From an uncultured Clostridia bacterium (GTDB lineage: Bacteria > Bacillota > Clostridia > Christensenellales > Borkfalkiaceae), in contig CALVUL010000020.1 of NCBI GenBank assembly GCA_944363555.1, forward strand, positions 1 through 55,271: a DNA stretch of 55,271 nt, given 5' to 3'. Positions 28,020-35,974 of this stretch are shown here, piece by piece (position 1 is the first letter of the stretch; every line of letters starts with the position of its first letter). Position numbers and translations under genes: made by a program. The notes below the pieces were generated by a model. It saw only the letters and a program-made list of their open reading frames with translations, was not told the origin of the DNA and did not search any database.

Positions 28020-29648
28020 TCAGTTCGTTGGGTCTATGCCGGAGTTTTTCAGCATCAGATTGAACTTTTCCACCGTCCACTCGTCTTCGTATTCGCTCCG
28101 GTACAGTTCGTAAGGCGTTTTATAGTGCTTTTCGTCCTTGGTGGCGAAAAATTCTTCCGCATACTGCCCGTCCCCGATCCAGAGCGTCAGCCCGCCGAGG
28201 GTGGTGAGGGGCGTGGTGCCGTAGGTGGTGATCAGATTTTCGTATTCGGGGTTGGCGATGGTTACTTCGTAACGCGATTTTGCGAAAGCCGACATCGAAC
28301 CCCACCGCTCCGTATCGTTTTGCAGATCGTATTTGATGGGCAGCTGGTTGCCGGTGGTGGCGTCGAAGTAGATCCTGTACCCTTCGTCGCTCAGCATGAA
28401 TTTCAGAAATTCCTTGGCGAGGTCCTTCGCCGTGGCGTACACGGGGATGCCCACGGTGTGGTTGCCGCCGATGGTGTAGCCCACGTTGCGCGCGTTCTTC
28501 ACGATCAGAACGTCGTCCTCCTTCGCAAACGACGGTTTTTCGCCCTCGGGTTCGCCCGCGTCCACATAATCGATGATGGCGGAAAGTTTTTCGTCGTATT
28601 CCTTGCGCGTTTTGGCGGGCATCGTTTTCGTCGCCTCCGCGAACGTCTTGCCCTCCTTCCAATAGGAAAGTTTTTCGGAAAGCGCGCTGACGACAGGCGT
28701 TTTCATCATGCGGAATTCAAACTTGTTCTCGTCTTCGTTGGCGACGTTGCGCATCTCGTTTTCCAGCCAGTCGCCGTTGACCATCATCAGCCCGTTGCCG
28801 GAAATGAACTGCGCCTGCGACTGCGCGAAGTTCATCAGATTGACGTTGTCGTGATTGTTCCCGAGTTCGTGCCGGATGAGGGAATTGAGGGCTTCCAGAC
28901 TTTCCAGCCTGCCCTGCTGCAGGAAAATATCCCGCGAATAGGCGCCGTTATCGATGCCGAGGAAGAAATTCTTCACGTTCTCCGCCCCTTCGTACTGCAT
29001 ATACCACAGGCGGGTCATATATTCCCAATAGTTGGTGGAAACGGAGAACACGAAGGGGATTTCGCCCGCGGCTTTGATGTCCTCGCAAAGCTGCACGAGT
29101 TCGTCCGTCGTGTTGGGAACGGCGATGTTCGGGTTATCCTGCGCAAGGATCTCGAACTTGCTCGCGTTGTAGATCAGCCCCGTGGCGCCCACCGCCCACG
29201 AGAAGGAATAATAATGCCCGTCGATTTCCTGCGGCACGGCGTCCCGTATGAATTTATCTTTCAGCATGACGCCGTTTTCCTCGTATTCCATCACCTCGTC
29301 GATATTTTCGAGGATGATGTCGTAATCGGGGTGCACGTTTGCGCCCGCCATGGCATAGGAATCCATATCGCCGCCGATGATGAACAGATCCACCGTGTTG
29401 GTCGTGCCGGATTGCAGCAGCGCGGCGGTCTGATCGAGGTCGTCCCCCCAATATTCCACGTTCACGCCCTCGTGTTCGTCTTCGAACGCCGCGGCGAGAT
29501 CCGCCACGAACTGATCGCCGTATCCGGCGTTGAGGAAATAGATTTCCAGCGTGTTTTCGTCGTTGGAAATTCTCGGTTTGCATCCGGCGAGCGCGCCCGC
29601 CGAAACCGCGATCGCCGCGGCAAGCACAAAGGTAAGAATTTTTTTCAT
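28020..29648 (-). CDS. ABC transporter extracellular solute-binding lipoprotein (large LplA-type)
   Basis: 542 aa with lipobox GALAGC. Family-1 SBP size and layout; immediately precedes two sugar permease genes. Confidence 0.85.
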   Translation of the reverse strand: MKKILTFVLAAAIAVSAGALAGCKPRISNDENTLEIYFLNAGYGDQFVADLAAAFEDEHEGVNVEYWGDDLDQTAALLQSGTTNTVDLFIIGGDMDSYAMAGANVHPDYDIILENIDEVMEYEENGVMLKDKFIRDAVPQEIDGHYYSFSWAVGATGLIYNASKFEILAQDNPNIAVPNTTDELVQLCEDIKAAGEIPFVFSVSTNYWEYMTRLWYMQYEGAENVKNFFLGIDNGAYSRDIFLQQGRLESLEALNSLIRHELGNNHDNVNLMNFAQSQAQFISGNGLMMVNGDWLENEMRNVANEDENKFEFRMMKTPVVSALSEKLSYWKEGKTFAEATKTMPAKTRKEYDEKLSAIIDYVDAGEPEGEKPSFAKEDDVLIVKNARNVGYTIGGNHTVGIPVYATAKDLAKEFLKFMLSDEGYRIYFDATTGNQLPIKYDLQNDTERWGSMSAFAKSRYEVTIANPEYENLITTYGTTPLTTLGGLTLWIGDGQYAEEFFATKDEKHYKTPYELYRSEYEDEWTVEKFNLMLKNSGIDPTN

Positions 29649-29669
29649 GATCGCTCCTTTTCGAATTTT

Positions 29670-30542
29670 TTATCCTTTCAACCCGCCCATACTGAGGCTG
29701 GTCATAAACGTCTTTCTCATCGAAATGAAGATGATTAAAATGGGGATCGCGGAAATGACGATGCCCGCGAAATACACCGGATAGTTCATGCCGCGGATCA
29801 TCTGGCTTTCGTACTGATAAAGGCCCGAAGCGATGGTCGGATAACTCGGCATATAGATGAGCGGGCTCATATAGTCGTTCCAGCCGGCAATGAAATCCTG
29901 AATGGCGAACACCGCCAGCGGCGCGAGCGCCTGCGGGAACATCACGTTCCAGAACACCTGAAAGTGCGAAGCGCCGTCGATATACGCCGCCTCCGCGTAC
30001 GACCACGATACGCTCTTGAAAAACGCGTACAGGATGAGGAACTTATATCCCCCCACCGCGAAGGTGGAAACGAGAACGTTGAACACGTTGTCGAACACCC
30101 CGAGCTGTTTCTTGATCTGTAAACTCGACGCCATCGAACCGTAGATCGGCAGCATCATCATAAAGAGGATGACGGCGTAAAACACCTTTTTCCCCGGGAA
30201 CTGCAGTTTGGCGATGGTATAGGTGGTGATCGCCGAAACGAGCGTGCCTAAAACGATGCTGATACCGTTCATCCACACGCTGTTCCACACCATGCCGAAA
30301 AAGGACGTCGTGCCGCCGCCTTTGTTGCGCACCACCAGCGATTCGAACGCCAGCCCGTAGTTGGAAAACAGCCAGCGTTTCGGAAGATCGAGGGAGTTGC
30401 CCGTTTCGTATTCCAAAGAACCTTTCAGCGAGGAAAGGAACATCCATATCATCGGGTAAAGCAGGGTAACGGCGTAGAGGACGAACAGCGCGAAAATAAC
30501 GCCCATTACGATTCTTTGCGATTTACTTTTTCTTACTGCCAT
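29670..30542 (-). CDS. Carbohydrate ABC transporter permease (LplC/MalG-like)
   Basis: 290 aa, 6 TM, EAA loop AEAAYIDGASHFQVFWNVMFP. Confidence 0.85.
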   Translation of the reverse strand: MAVRKSKSQRIVMGVIFALFVLYAVTLLYPMIWMFLSSLKGSLEYETGNSLDLPKRWLFSNYGLAFESLVVRNKGGGTTSFFGMVWNSVWMNGISIVLGTLVSAITTYTIAKLQFPGKKVFYAVILFMMMLPIYGSMASSLQIKKQLGVFDNVFNVLVSTFAVGGYKFLILYAFFKSVSWSYAEAAYIDGASHFQVFWNVMFPQALAPLAVFAIQDFIAGWNDYMSPLIYMPSYPTIASGLYQYESQMIRGMNYPVYFAGIVISAIPILIIFISMRKTFMTSLSMGGLKG

Positions 30543-30551
30543 ATCCTCACC

Positions 30552-31535
30552 TCAAAACTCGATCGTTTCCACTTTATTGGAAAGCCACCTGCATATCACG
30601 ACGAGCGGCAGGGACGCGATCGTCATTAAAATACCCATTGCCGAAGGCACGTTGTAGCGGTCGTTCACCACCACCTGATCGTACAGCCAGTAACTTAGCG
30701 TCGTGGTGTTGTATCTGCCCTCGGTGAGCAGCAGCACGTTGCCGCTTGCGCCGAAAAAGCCGATGACGGCGAAGAGCAGATTCGTGGAGATCGCCGGCCA
30801 GATGAGAGGCACGGTGATGTTGGCGATCTCCCGCCAGAATCCCACGCCGTCGAGTTCCGCCGCCTCCATCACGTCCTGCGGGATGCGCGCCAGCGTGCCC
30901 AGATACACCAGCATGCTCGACGGGATCCCCAGCCACAGCGAGGACATCAGCACCGCCCATATCGCGGTATCGGTGTTCGCCAGAAGTTCCGGCGCTTCCG
31001 TAATGAGCTGCAGATCCAAAAGGATGGTGAAAAGCGGGCCGTTGGGGTGGATGAAGTTTTTATACGCCGTCATCCACACCACGCCGCCGATGATGCTCGG
31101 CAGATAGAAGATGACTTCGAAAAACTTATATCCCCACACCTGTTTGTAAAGCGCGTAACTGACGACGATGTTGACGGGCATCAGCAGCAGCGACAGCGTG
31201 AAAAACAGCAACGTGTTTCGCAGCGCGATCAGAATTTCGCCGTCGCTCTTGACGATTTCCTGAATGACCGTATTGAAGTTTTCAAGGGTGAAGTTGTTGT
31301 TGACGTCCTTGAACGCGAGCATCACCGAATTGAAATTCAGATACACGTAGAAGATGAGGAAATACACGATGGGCAGCGCCCACACCGCGTAGGAAAAAAG
31401 CCACATCCCCTTTTTCATGGAAACGTTCTTGTTCTTGTTCACCCGCGGAAAGATCCTGCGTTTCGCCTCGTAAAGCGATTGTTTCAGATTGCCCCAAAAA
31501 CCGAGGTTTGTCGCGTTATAACTGTCCTTCTTCAT
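30552..31535 (-). CDS. Carbohydrate ABC transporter permease (LplB/MalF-like)
   Basis: 327 aa, EAA loop MEAAELDGVGFWREIANITVP. GGAG lies 6 nt upstream of the ATG. Confidence 0.85.
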   Translation of the reverse strand: MKKDSYNATNLGFWGNLKQSLYEAKRRIFPRVNKNKNVSMKKGMWLFSYAVWALPIVYFLIFYVYLNFNSVMLAFKDVNNNFTLENFNTVIQEIVKSDGEILIALRNTLLFFTLSLLLMPVNIVVSYALYKQVWGYKFFEVIFYLPSIIGGVVWMTAYKNFIHPNGPLFTILLDLQLITEAPELLANTDTAIWAVLMSSLWLGIPSSMLVYLGTLARIPQDVMEAAELDGVGFWREIANITVPLIWPAISTNLLFAVIGFFGASGNVLLLTEGRYNTTTLSYWLYDQVVVNDRYNVPSAMGILMTIASLPLVVICRWLSNKVETIEF

Positions 31536-32382
31536 TCCCGCTCCTGAGTTTCTGCGTTTCCGTACGGTATTCTTTGGCGGAAACGCCGTATTTTTTTCTG
31601 TACGCTTTGGAAAACGTTACGTAATTTTCAAAGCCCAAATTCTGTGCGATCGTCTTGATGGGAAGCTGCGTTTCCCCCAGATATTCCTTTGCGAGTTCCA
31701 GTTTGTAAGAGGAAATGTATTCGCTGGGCGAAACGCCGTATTTTTTCTTGAAGATCCTGAAAAGCCACGTCCTGTCCACCGAAAGCGCCGAACTCAGCGT
31801 GGAAACGGTGATGTTGTCCGAAACGTTTTTCTTGATATATTCCACCGCGTCGTAAAGTTCCACGCTGTCGGCGGCGTCCAGCCCGCTGTCCCGCCGGCCC
31901 CTGCCCTGCGCGTGAAGCAGATCCATCAGGGCGAAAAACCGGCTTTTCAGATAAAAGGGGTCGAGGCCCTCGTTTTCCGGCAGACACAGTTCTTTGACGA
32001 TTTCGGTCACGGAATCGATGTTTTTCACGTCGAGAACGAGCCTGCCCGCGACAAAGCCGAGTTCCGCGGCGAGGCGGGCGGCGTCGTCCCCGTTAAAGCC
32101 CACCCAATAGTATTCCCAAGGGCATAACTTATTATAGTAATAAAAAACGTGTTCGCCGGGGCGCAGGAGAAACATCTGGTTTTTTTCCACGCTCATCGTG
32201 CGCCCGCCCGCGATGTACGTGCCTTTGCCCTCCACGACGAAGTGCAGCACGTATTCCCTTTTCACGCAGGGCGCGACTTCCGTTGCCGGCGTGTGTTTCT
32301 GCCAGCCGAACTGCGTGAAATCCACCTTGTAATATTCGCTTTCGTCCAATGTCCGATAGATGAAATTTTTCGACCGTATCAT
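31516..32382 (-). CDS. AraC-family transcriptional regulator (cupin sensor plus HTH), first gene of the glycan operon
   Basis: 288 aa. N-terminal AraC-type ligand-binding region, and a C-terminal double HTH (ITVSTLSSALSVDRTWLFRIFKK..., IKTIAQNLGFENYVTFSKAYRKKYG). Its 3' end overlaps the permease start by 20 nt. Confidence 0.85.
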   Translation of the reverse strand: MIRSKNFIYRTLDESEYYKVDFTQFGWQKHTPATEVAPCVKREYVLHFVVEGKGTYIAGGRTMSVEKNQMFLLRPGEHVFYYYNKLCPWEYYWVGFNGDDAARLAAELGFVAGRLVLDVKNIDSVTEIVKELCLPENEGLDPFYLKSRFFALMDLLHAQGRGRRDSGLDAADSVELYDAVEYIKKNVSDNITVSTLSSALSVDRTWLFRIFKKKYGVSPSEYISSYKLELAKEYLGETQLPIKTIAQNLGFENYVTFSKAYRKKYGVSAKEYRTETQKLRSGNEEGQL

Positions 32383-32419
32383 TTCGCCACGCCGCCTTAC
32401 GCCGTTTCTGTACTATTTA

Positions 32420-32448
32420 ATTTTAAGTTGTTTTCGGCAATATGTAAA
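32420..32448 (-). promoter_or_regulatory. SigA-type promoter of the glycan operon
   Basis: Minus strand reads TTTACA (32448-32443), a 17-nt spacer, then TAAAAT (32425-32420). Confidence 0.5.
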
Positions 32449-32633
32449 TATACTCCGGTTGTCTGTTGTTGTCGTTATGTTGCTTTTTGAAAAACGACAA
32501 GGCAACAAAAAGAACATTGCGGCGGCGCATGGCGGAATAAAACGCCGTTGCGTTTTATTCCGCCGCGCGGGGAGCGCAGCGGCGGTTTTTCGGGAAAAAA
32601 CGCCTGAATTTTGCACTTTTACGGCGATTTGCG

Positions 32634-32676
32634 GCAAAAAAACGCCCCGAAACGGAGTATTTCCCGTTTCGGGGCG
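32634..32676 (-). terminator. Rho-independent terminator after the PnuC-like gene
   Basis: 13-bp stem CGCCCCGAAACGG / CCGTTTCGGGGCG, followed on the minus strand by T7. Confidence 0.7.
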
Positions 32677-32714
32677 GAAGATAAGCGAAATCGCCGCTTT
32701 CCGACAAGTTGTCT

Positions 32715-33437
32715 TTATGTTGCCGCGTTGTTTTCGATGTGTTGCTTTTTCGTTGCCGCCGCGCACTGTCTTTTATAGAGTTTAACCCAGTTGACGCAAA
32801 GCACAACCGTGCAGTACGCGCTGAACAGCGCGCCGATAAAATAAGTGATTTCCGCAAATTCTCCCTGCGCGAGCTGTACGCACCATATGGCAAGGGATGA
32901 CGCGATGTTGACGATTTGAAACGCCAGCGTTTCCATCAGCGCGAACATCGTCAAAAAGGTCGCCGCCGTGCCGAATACCAGACACGTTACGTCGAGTGCC
33001 GACTGGTTCGCCCCCGAAAGTCCGCGGATGACGAAAAATGCCGCCGTCCACACCGCCGCCGTCGCTGCAAACAGGACGATTTCCCATTTTACGGACAGCT
33101 TTTTCAAAACCGTAGCCGTGCCGTAAGCGCGCTTTTTCCACCGCGCGAAGGTGACGAACTGTACGGGCGCGCTCACTACGCTCGCCTGTATCGCCAGCCC
33201 GTACAGTCCTTCTGCAAAATAACCGACGGCGTAAAGGAGAGCGTTAAGCCCCCCGACGAGAAAGCCCAGACGGTTCACGCGGGAATTGAGCAGCATCACC
33301 GCCAGCGAAACGAGCGCGGGCAGCATTTTAAACCATTTCTGTCCCGAAAGGATGCCGAGCGTTAAAATGGCGATAAAGCATACCGCCAAAAGCGCGTAGT
33401 TGAAAATATCGCCGCGCCGTATTTTTGTTTCAGTCAT
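32715..33437 (-). CDS. PnuC-family (nicotinamide-riboside-transporter-like) membrane protein
   Basis: 240 aa, about 7 TM. PnuC-like segments LNSRVNRLGFLVGGLNALLYAVGYFAEGLYG and PVQFVTFARWKK. Assigned from memory of the family, not by search. Confidence 0.55.
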   Translation of the reverse strand: MTETKIRRGDIFNYALLAVCFIAILTLGILSGQKWFKMLPALVSLAVMLLNSRVNRLGFLVGGLNALLYAVGYFAEGLYGLAIQASVVSAPVQFVTFARWKKRAYGTATVLKKLSVKWEIVLFAATAAVWTAAFFVIRGLSGANQSALDVTCLVFGTAATFLTMFALMETLAFQIVNIASSLAIWCVQLAQGEFAEITYFIGALFSAYCTVVLCVNWVKLYKRQCAAATKKQHIENNAAT

Positions 33438-34749
33438 CTTCCACTTCCACGACGCGCGTCAGACAGGTTTTGCGCTTTACGCCCTTTTCGTCGGGCACGT
33501 AAAAATCCGAATAGGCGACGAGCAGGCGGTTGTCGCCTATCGGCAGAACCGACATGTTGCAGCAGCTTCCCGCCCACTGGTGAAAGGTGGGGCGCGCGGG
33601 GCGTTCGTTCATCAAAAAACTTCTGTCCTCTTCCGTCATGATTTCCACCGGCGCTTCCCAGACTTCCGCATTGCCGCGCGCGGCGCGCACGTAAATTCCC
33701 GGTCTGCCGTAAACCGCCAGCGTTGCGCCGCAGTTCAGGCGCACGATTTGCGGGATGACGCCGCGCTTGTCGAACACCTGCGGCTTTGCCCACGTCTTTC
33801 CGCCGTCCGCGGAACGGGTGATGTAACTTTTTCCCCATTCCGGCGCGCCGTGGAACACCCCCGCCGTACGCAGAAGGGCGACAATCGAGCCGTCCGGCAT
33901 GAATTCGATATCGGGCTCCGTGAACCCGTCGCAGTAATACGCCGCGGGGTTTTCGTCGGGCGCGGGGATATAGGGAATATGGCTGACGTATTTCCAACTG
34001 CGCCCGTTATCCTCCGATTTATAAAAATACGCCGCGGAATAGAGATAATGCGCGCCGTTCACCGGAGACGCGCCGAACATTTCATAAGTAGGCAGCCACA
34101 GCGCGCCGTCGGGCGCGACGCGAATATTGCCCCACGGGTTGGGTACGTTGAGCCGAACGGCGCCGTTCGCCCCCGAATAGGTAAATACCGACATGTGCGG
34201 GCGCGTAACCTTCGCGCTTTCCAGCGCGCTCACGCCCGTAACGGGGTTATAGCGGGTAAATTGCCAGCTCTTTTGCAAAAGCCCCCGCGGCAGGGCGTCG
34301 ATTTCGTAAATGCGGTAAATCTGACCGAATACGTCCACAAACCGCCCCAGCCCCTCGGGAAAGGACGTGTTCTCTCCCCCTTTCGCGTATAAGGGGTTTT
34401 CGTCGGAGGGCAGAAAATAATTGCCCGCGCGAAAGGGCGGCGGGTTTTTATCGGTAACGTCGATAACGGCGCGCGGCTCGGCGCGGAGATACTCCCCGTT
34501 TTTGAGTTTCGTGCCGCAGCGGAAACGCGCGGATTCGTCGGTTTCCGTCCAATGCCCCCCGCCGTCGCGGGAAACGAACCATTTTTCCGGCATGCCGTAG
34601 CAGTCGGGGCTGTCGTCCTCCACGTGCACGCAGGCGTAAACGCCGTCCTCCCCCGCGAAGAGTTTCGGGAACTGATAAAACCCCCACGGGGTATCTTCGC
34701 ATTTGCCGCCGCGCACGATAACGCGCGGCGCGCCGATCTTCAGCCGCAT
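33430..34749 (-). CDS. BNR/Asp-box repeat protein (sialidase-like beta-propeller), cytoplasmic
   Basis: Three Asp-boxes: SRDGGGHW, SEDNGRSW and SADGGKTW. No signal peptide. SD AAAGGAG. Its 3' end overlaps the PnuC-like start by 8 nt. Confidence 0.7.
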   Translation of the reverse strand: MRLKIGAPRVIVRGGKCEDTPWGFYQFPKLFAGEDGVYACVHVEDDSPDCYGMPEKWFVSRDGGGHWTETDESARFRCGTKLKNGEYLRAEPRAVIDVTDKNPPPFRAGNYFLPSDENPLYAKGGENTSFPEGLGRFVDVFGQIYRIYEIDALPRGLLQKSWQFTRYNPVTGVSALESAKVTRPHMSVFTYSGANGAVRLNVPNPWGNIRVAPDGALWLPTYEMFGASPVNGAHYLYSAAYFYKSEDNGRSWKYVSHIPYIPAPDENPAAYYCDGFTEPDIEFMPDGSIVALLRTAGVFHGAPEWGKSYITRSADGGKTWAKPQVFDKRGVIPQIVRLNCGATLAVYGRPGIYVRAARGNAEVWEAPVEIMTEEDRSFLMNERPARPTFHQWAGSCCNMSVLPIGDNRLLVAYSDFYVPDEKGVKRKTCLTRVVEVEDD

Positions 34750-34780
34750 ATACCGCTCCTTTGCAATGTTGATCGCTTAT

Positions 34781-34809
34781 ATTGTACACGGGCGGCGGTA
34801 TGTTGTAAA
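34781..34809 (-). promoter_or_regulatory. SigA-type promoter for the BNR/PnuC-like operon
   Basis: Minus strand reads TTTACA (34809-34804), a 17-nt spacer, then TACAAT (34786-34781). Confidence 0.5.
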
Positions 34810-34814
34810 GGCTT

Positions 34815-34844
34815 TTTCGTTGCTTTGTTTTAGCCTTTCGTTGC
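34815..34844. repeat. Direct repeat TTTCGTTGC x2 with 21-bp phasing, next to the -35 of the BNR promoter
   Basis: Identical 9-mers at 34815-34823 and 34836-34844. The proximal copy lies 5 nt from the -35 box. Candidate AraC-type activator half-sites. Confidence 0.3.
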
Positions 34845-34858
34845 CGAAAAATTTTCAG

Positions 34859-34967
34859 AAAAGCGTACTTTTTCTGAATGATAATCCGTTGACAGAGCCC
34901 CCGCCCCGTGGTATAATTTAAAAAAATGAAAAGTTAGTTTTTTGCAGTTCAGGAAAAGTACGCTTTT
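34859..34967. repeat. 21-bp inverted repeat bracketing the araC-type promoter
   Basis: 34859-34879 reads AAAAGCGTACTTTTTCTGAAT. The reverse complement of 34947-34967 reads AAAAGCGTACTTTTCCTGAAC (19/21 identical). It also shows up as the shared peptide KSVLFLN in two opposite-strand ORFs of the track. Confidence 0.6.
34889..34917 (+). promoter_or_regulatory. Consensus extended -10 SigA promoter for the second AraC-family gene
   Basis: TTGACA (34889-34894), a 17-nt spacer, then TGg-TATAAT (34909-34917). This gives a leader of about 145 nt. Confidence 0.6.
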
Positions 34968-35069
34968 CCCGAATACGCGGCGCGCCGCGGCATGCGCCGG
35001 CGCGTTCCCCCGCCGAAAGGGCGGCGGCGCGCGGACCCCGAACCGCGCGTTTTTAAAAAGGAGCGGAAA

Positions 35070-35921
35070 ATGGCGAAAAAACGGCTGTTTGAATACAACC
35101 ACATCAAAAGTTCTTCGTTATCGGAGATACAGGTGTACAACGCCGGCTACGAAAAGACCACCGGCAAGAAAGCGCCGCGGGTGCTGACGGATTTCGGCGG
35201 TTATTCCATGCACTACGTGTTTTCCGGCAGCGGCGTGGTGGAACTGGACGGCAAGGCTTACAAGGTGCATAAAGACGAGATCTTCTTTCTGTTCCCCGAC
35301 GTAAAGACGGCGTACTACCCCGACAAAAAGACGCCGTGGCGGTATTCTTGGATCGATTTTTTCGGCACGAAAGCCGCGGAGACCCTCGCCGCCGTGCGCG
35401 TGGACCTCGACCACCCGATTTTGAAGATCAACGACTCCGAAATCGGCAAACTGTTCATGAAAAACGTTTCGGAATGCAACAAGTATGTGGAAGTTTCCGA
35501 CTGGATCTCCGTTTCCTACTTTTACAAGATCATGGCGCAGATTGCCGTGCAGAACGGCGGCGAGACGGAAACCAAAGCCGCGCCTTCCCGCACCAACCTC
35601 ATCGAGCAGGCGCTCGGCGTTATCGAAAACAACTACCGCGACCCCGAATTCAACTTAAAACTCCTCGCGTACCAGATCGGCGTCAGCAGCGAATATCTTT
35701 CCCGCCTGTTCGCCGCCCATCTGGGGACGACCTTTACCAACTATCTGCGCAAAAAGCGCATCGCCAAGGCGGTGGAACTTTTCGACAAGGGAAACTACAC
35801 CGTAAAGGAAGTCGCCGATATGACGGGGTTTTCCGATCCCTATTACTTTTCCACGGTGTTCAAAAAACTCAACCTCGTATCCCCCCGCCAACACCTGAAA
35901 AACATCGGCAAACTGCAATGA
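35070..35921 (+). CDS. AraC-family transcriptional regulator
   Basis: 283 aa with a cupin-type N-terminus and a C-terminal HTH pair (LKLLAYQIGVSSEYLSRLF..., VKEVADMTGFSDPYYFSTVFKK). Start moved to ATG 35070, after AAAAGGAG. Confidence 0.85.
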   Translation: MAKKRLFEYNHIKSSSLSEIQVYNAGYEKTTGKKAPRVLTDFGGYSMHYVFSGSGVVELDGKAYKVHKDEIFFLFPDVKTAYYPDKKTPWRYSWIDFFGTKAAETLAAVRVDLDHPILKINDSEIGKLFMKNVSECNKYVEVSDWISVSYFYKIMAQIAVQNGGETETKAAPSRTNLIEQALGVIENNYRDPEFNLKLLAYQIGVSSEYLSRLFAAHLGTTFTNYLRKKRIAKAVELFDKGNYTVKEVADMTGFSDPYYFSTVFKKLNLVSPRQHLKNIGKLQ

Positions 35922-35936
35922 TTTTTTTAATGAACA

Positions 35937-35970
35937 GGCGCGCCCGCAGCTGCGGGCGCGCCCTTTTGTT
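35937..35970. terminator. Terminator after the AraC gene (perfect GC palindrome)
   Basis: GGCGCGCCCGCAGCTGCGGGCGCGCC followed by CTTTTGTTTG. Confidence 0.7.
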
Positions 35971-35974
35971 TGCC

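Noticed and set aside
32744-32757. A 13-nt identity (GCTTTTTCGTTGC) between 32744-32757 and 34811-34823, considered as a shared operator.
   Set aside because: One copy lies inside the PnuC-like coding region. A single 13-mer match within 55 kb is expected by chance many times over.
34926-34937. A mini-ORF ATG AAA AGT TAG just after the predicted TSS of the AraC promoter, considered as a possible leaderless regulatory peptide.
   Set aside because: It has only 3 codons and no SD. Its position relative to the -10 box (8 nt) differs from the N6 geometry seen at the three leaderless candidates, so it cannot be distinguished from chance.
35655-35974. The distal 110 codons of the 241-aa ORF at 35655-36380.
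   Set aside because: This part translates a palindromic terminator and the antisense strand of the AraC gene. Only the first 130 codons or so look like real protein, so I call the locus a truncated remnant.
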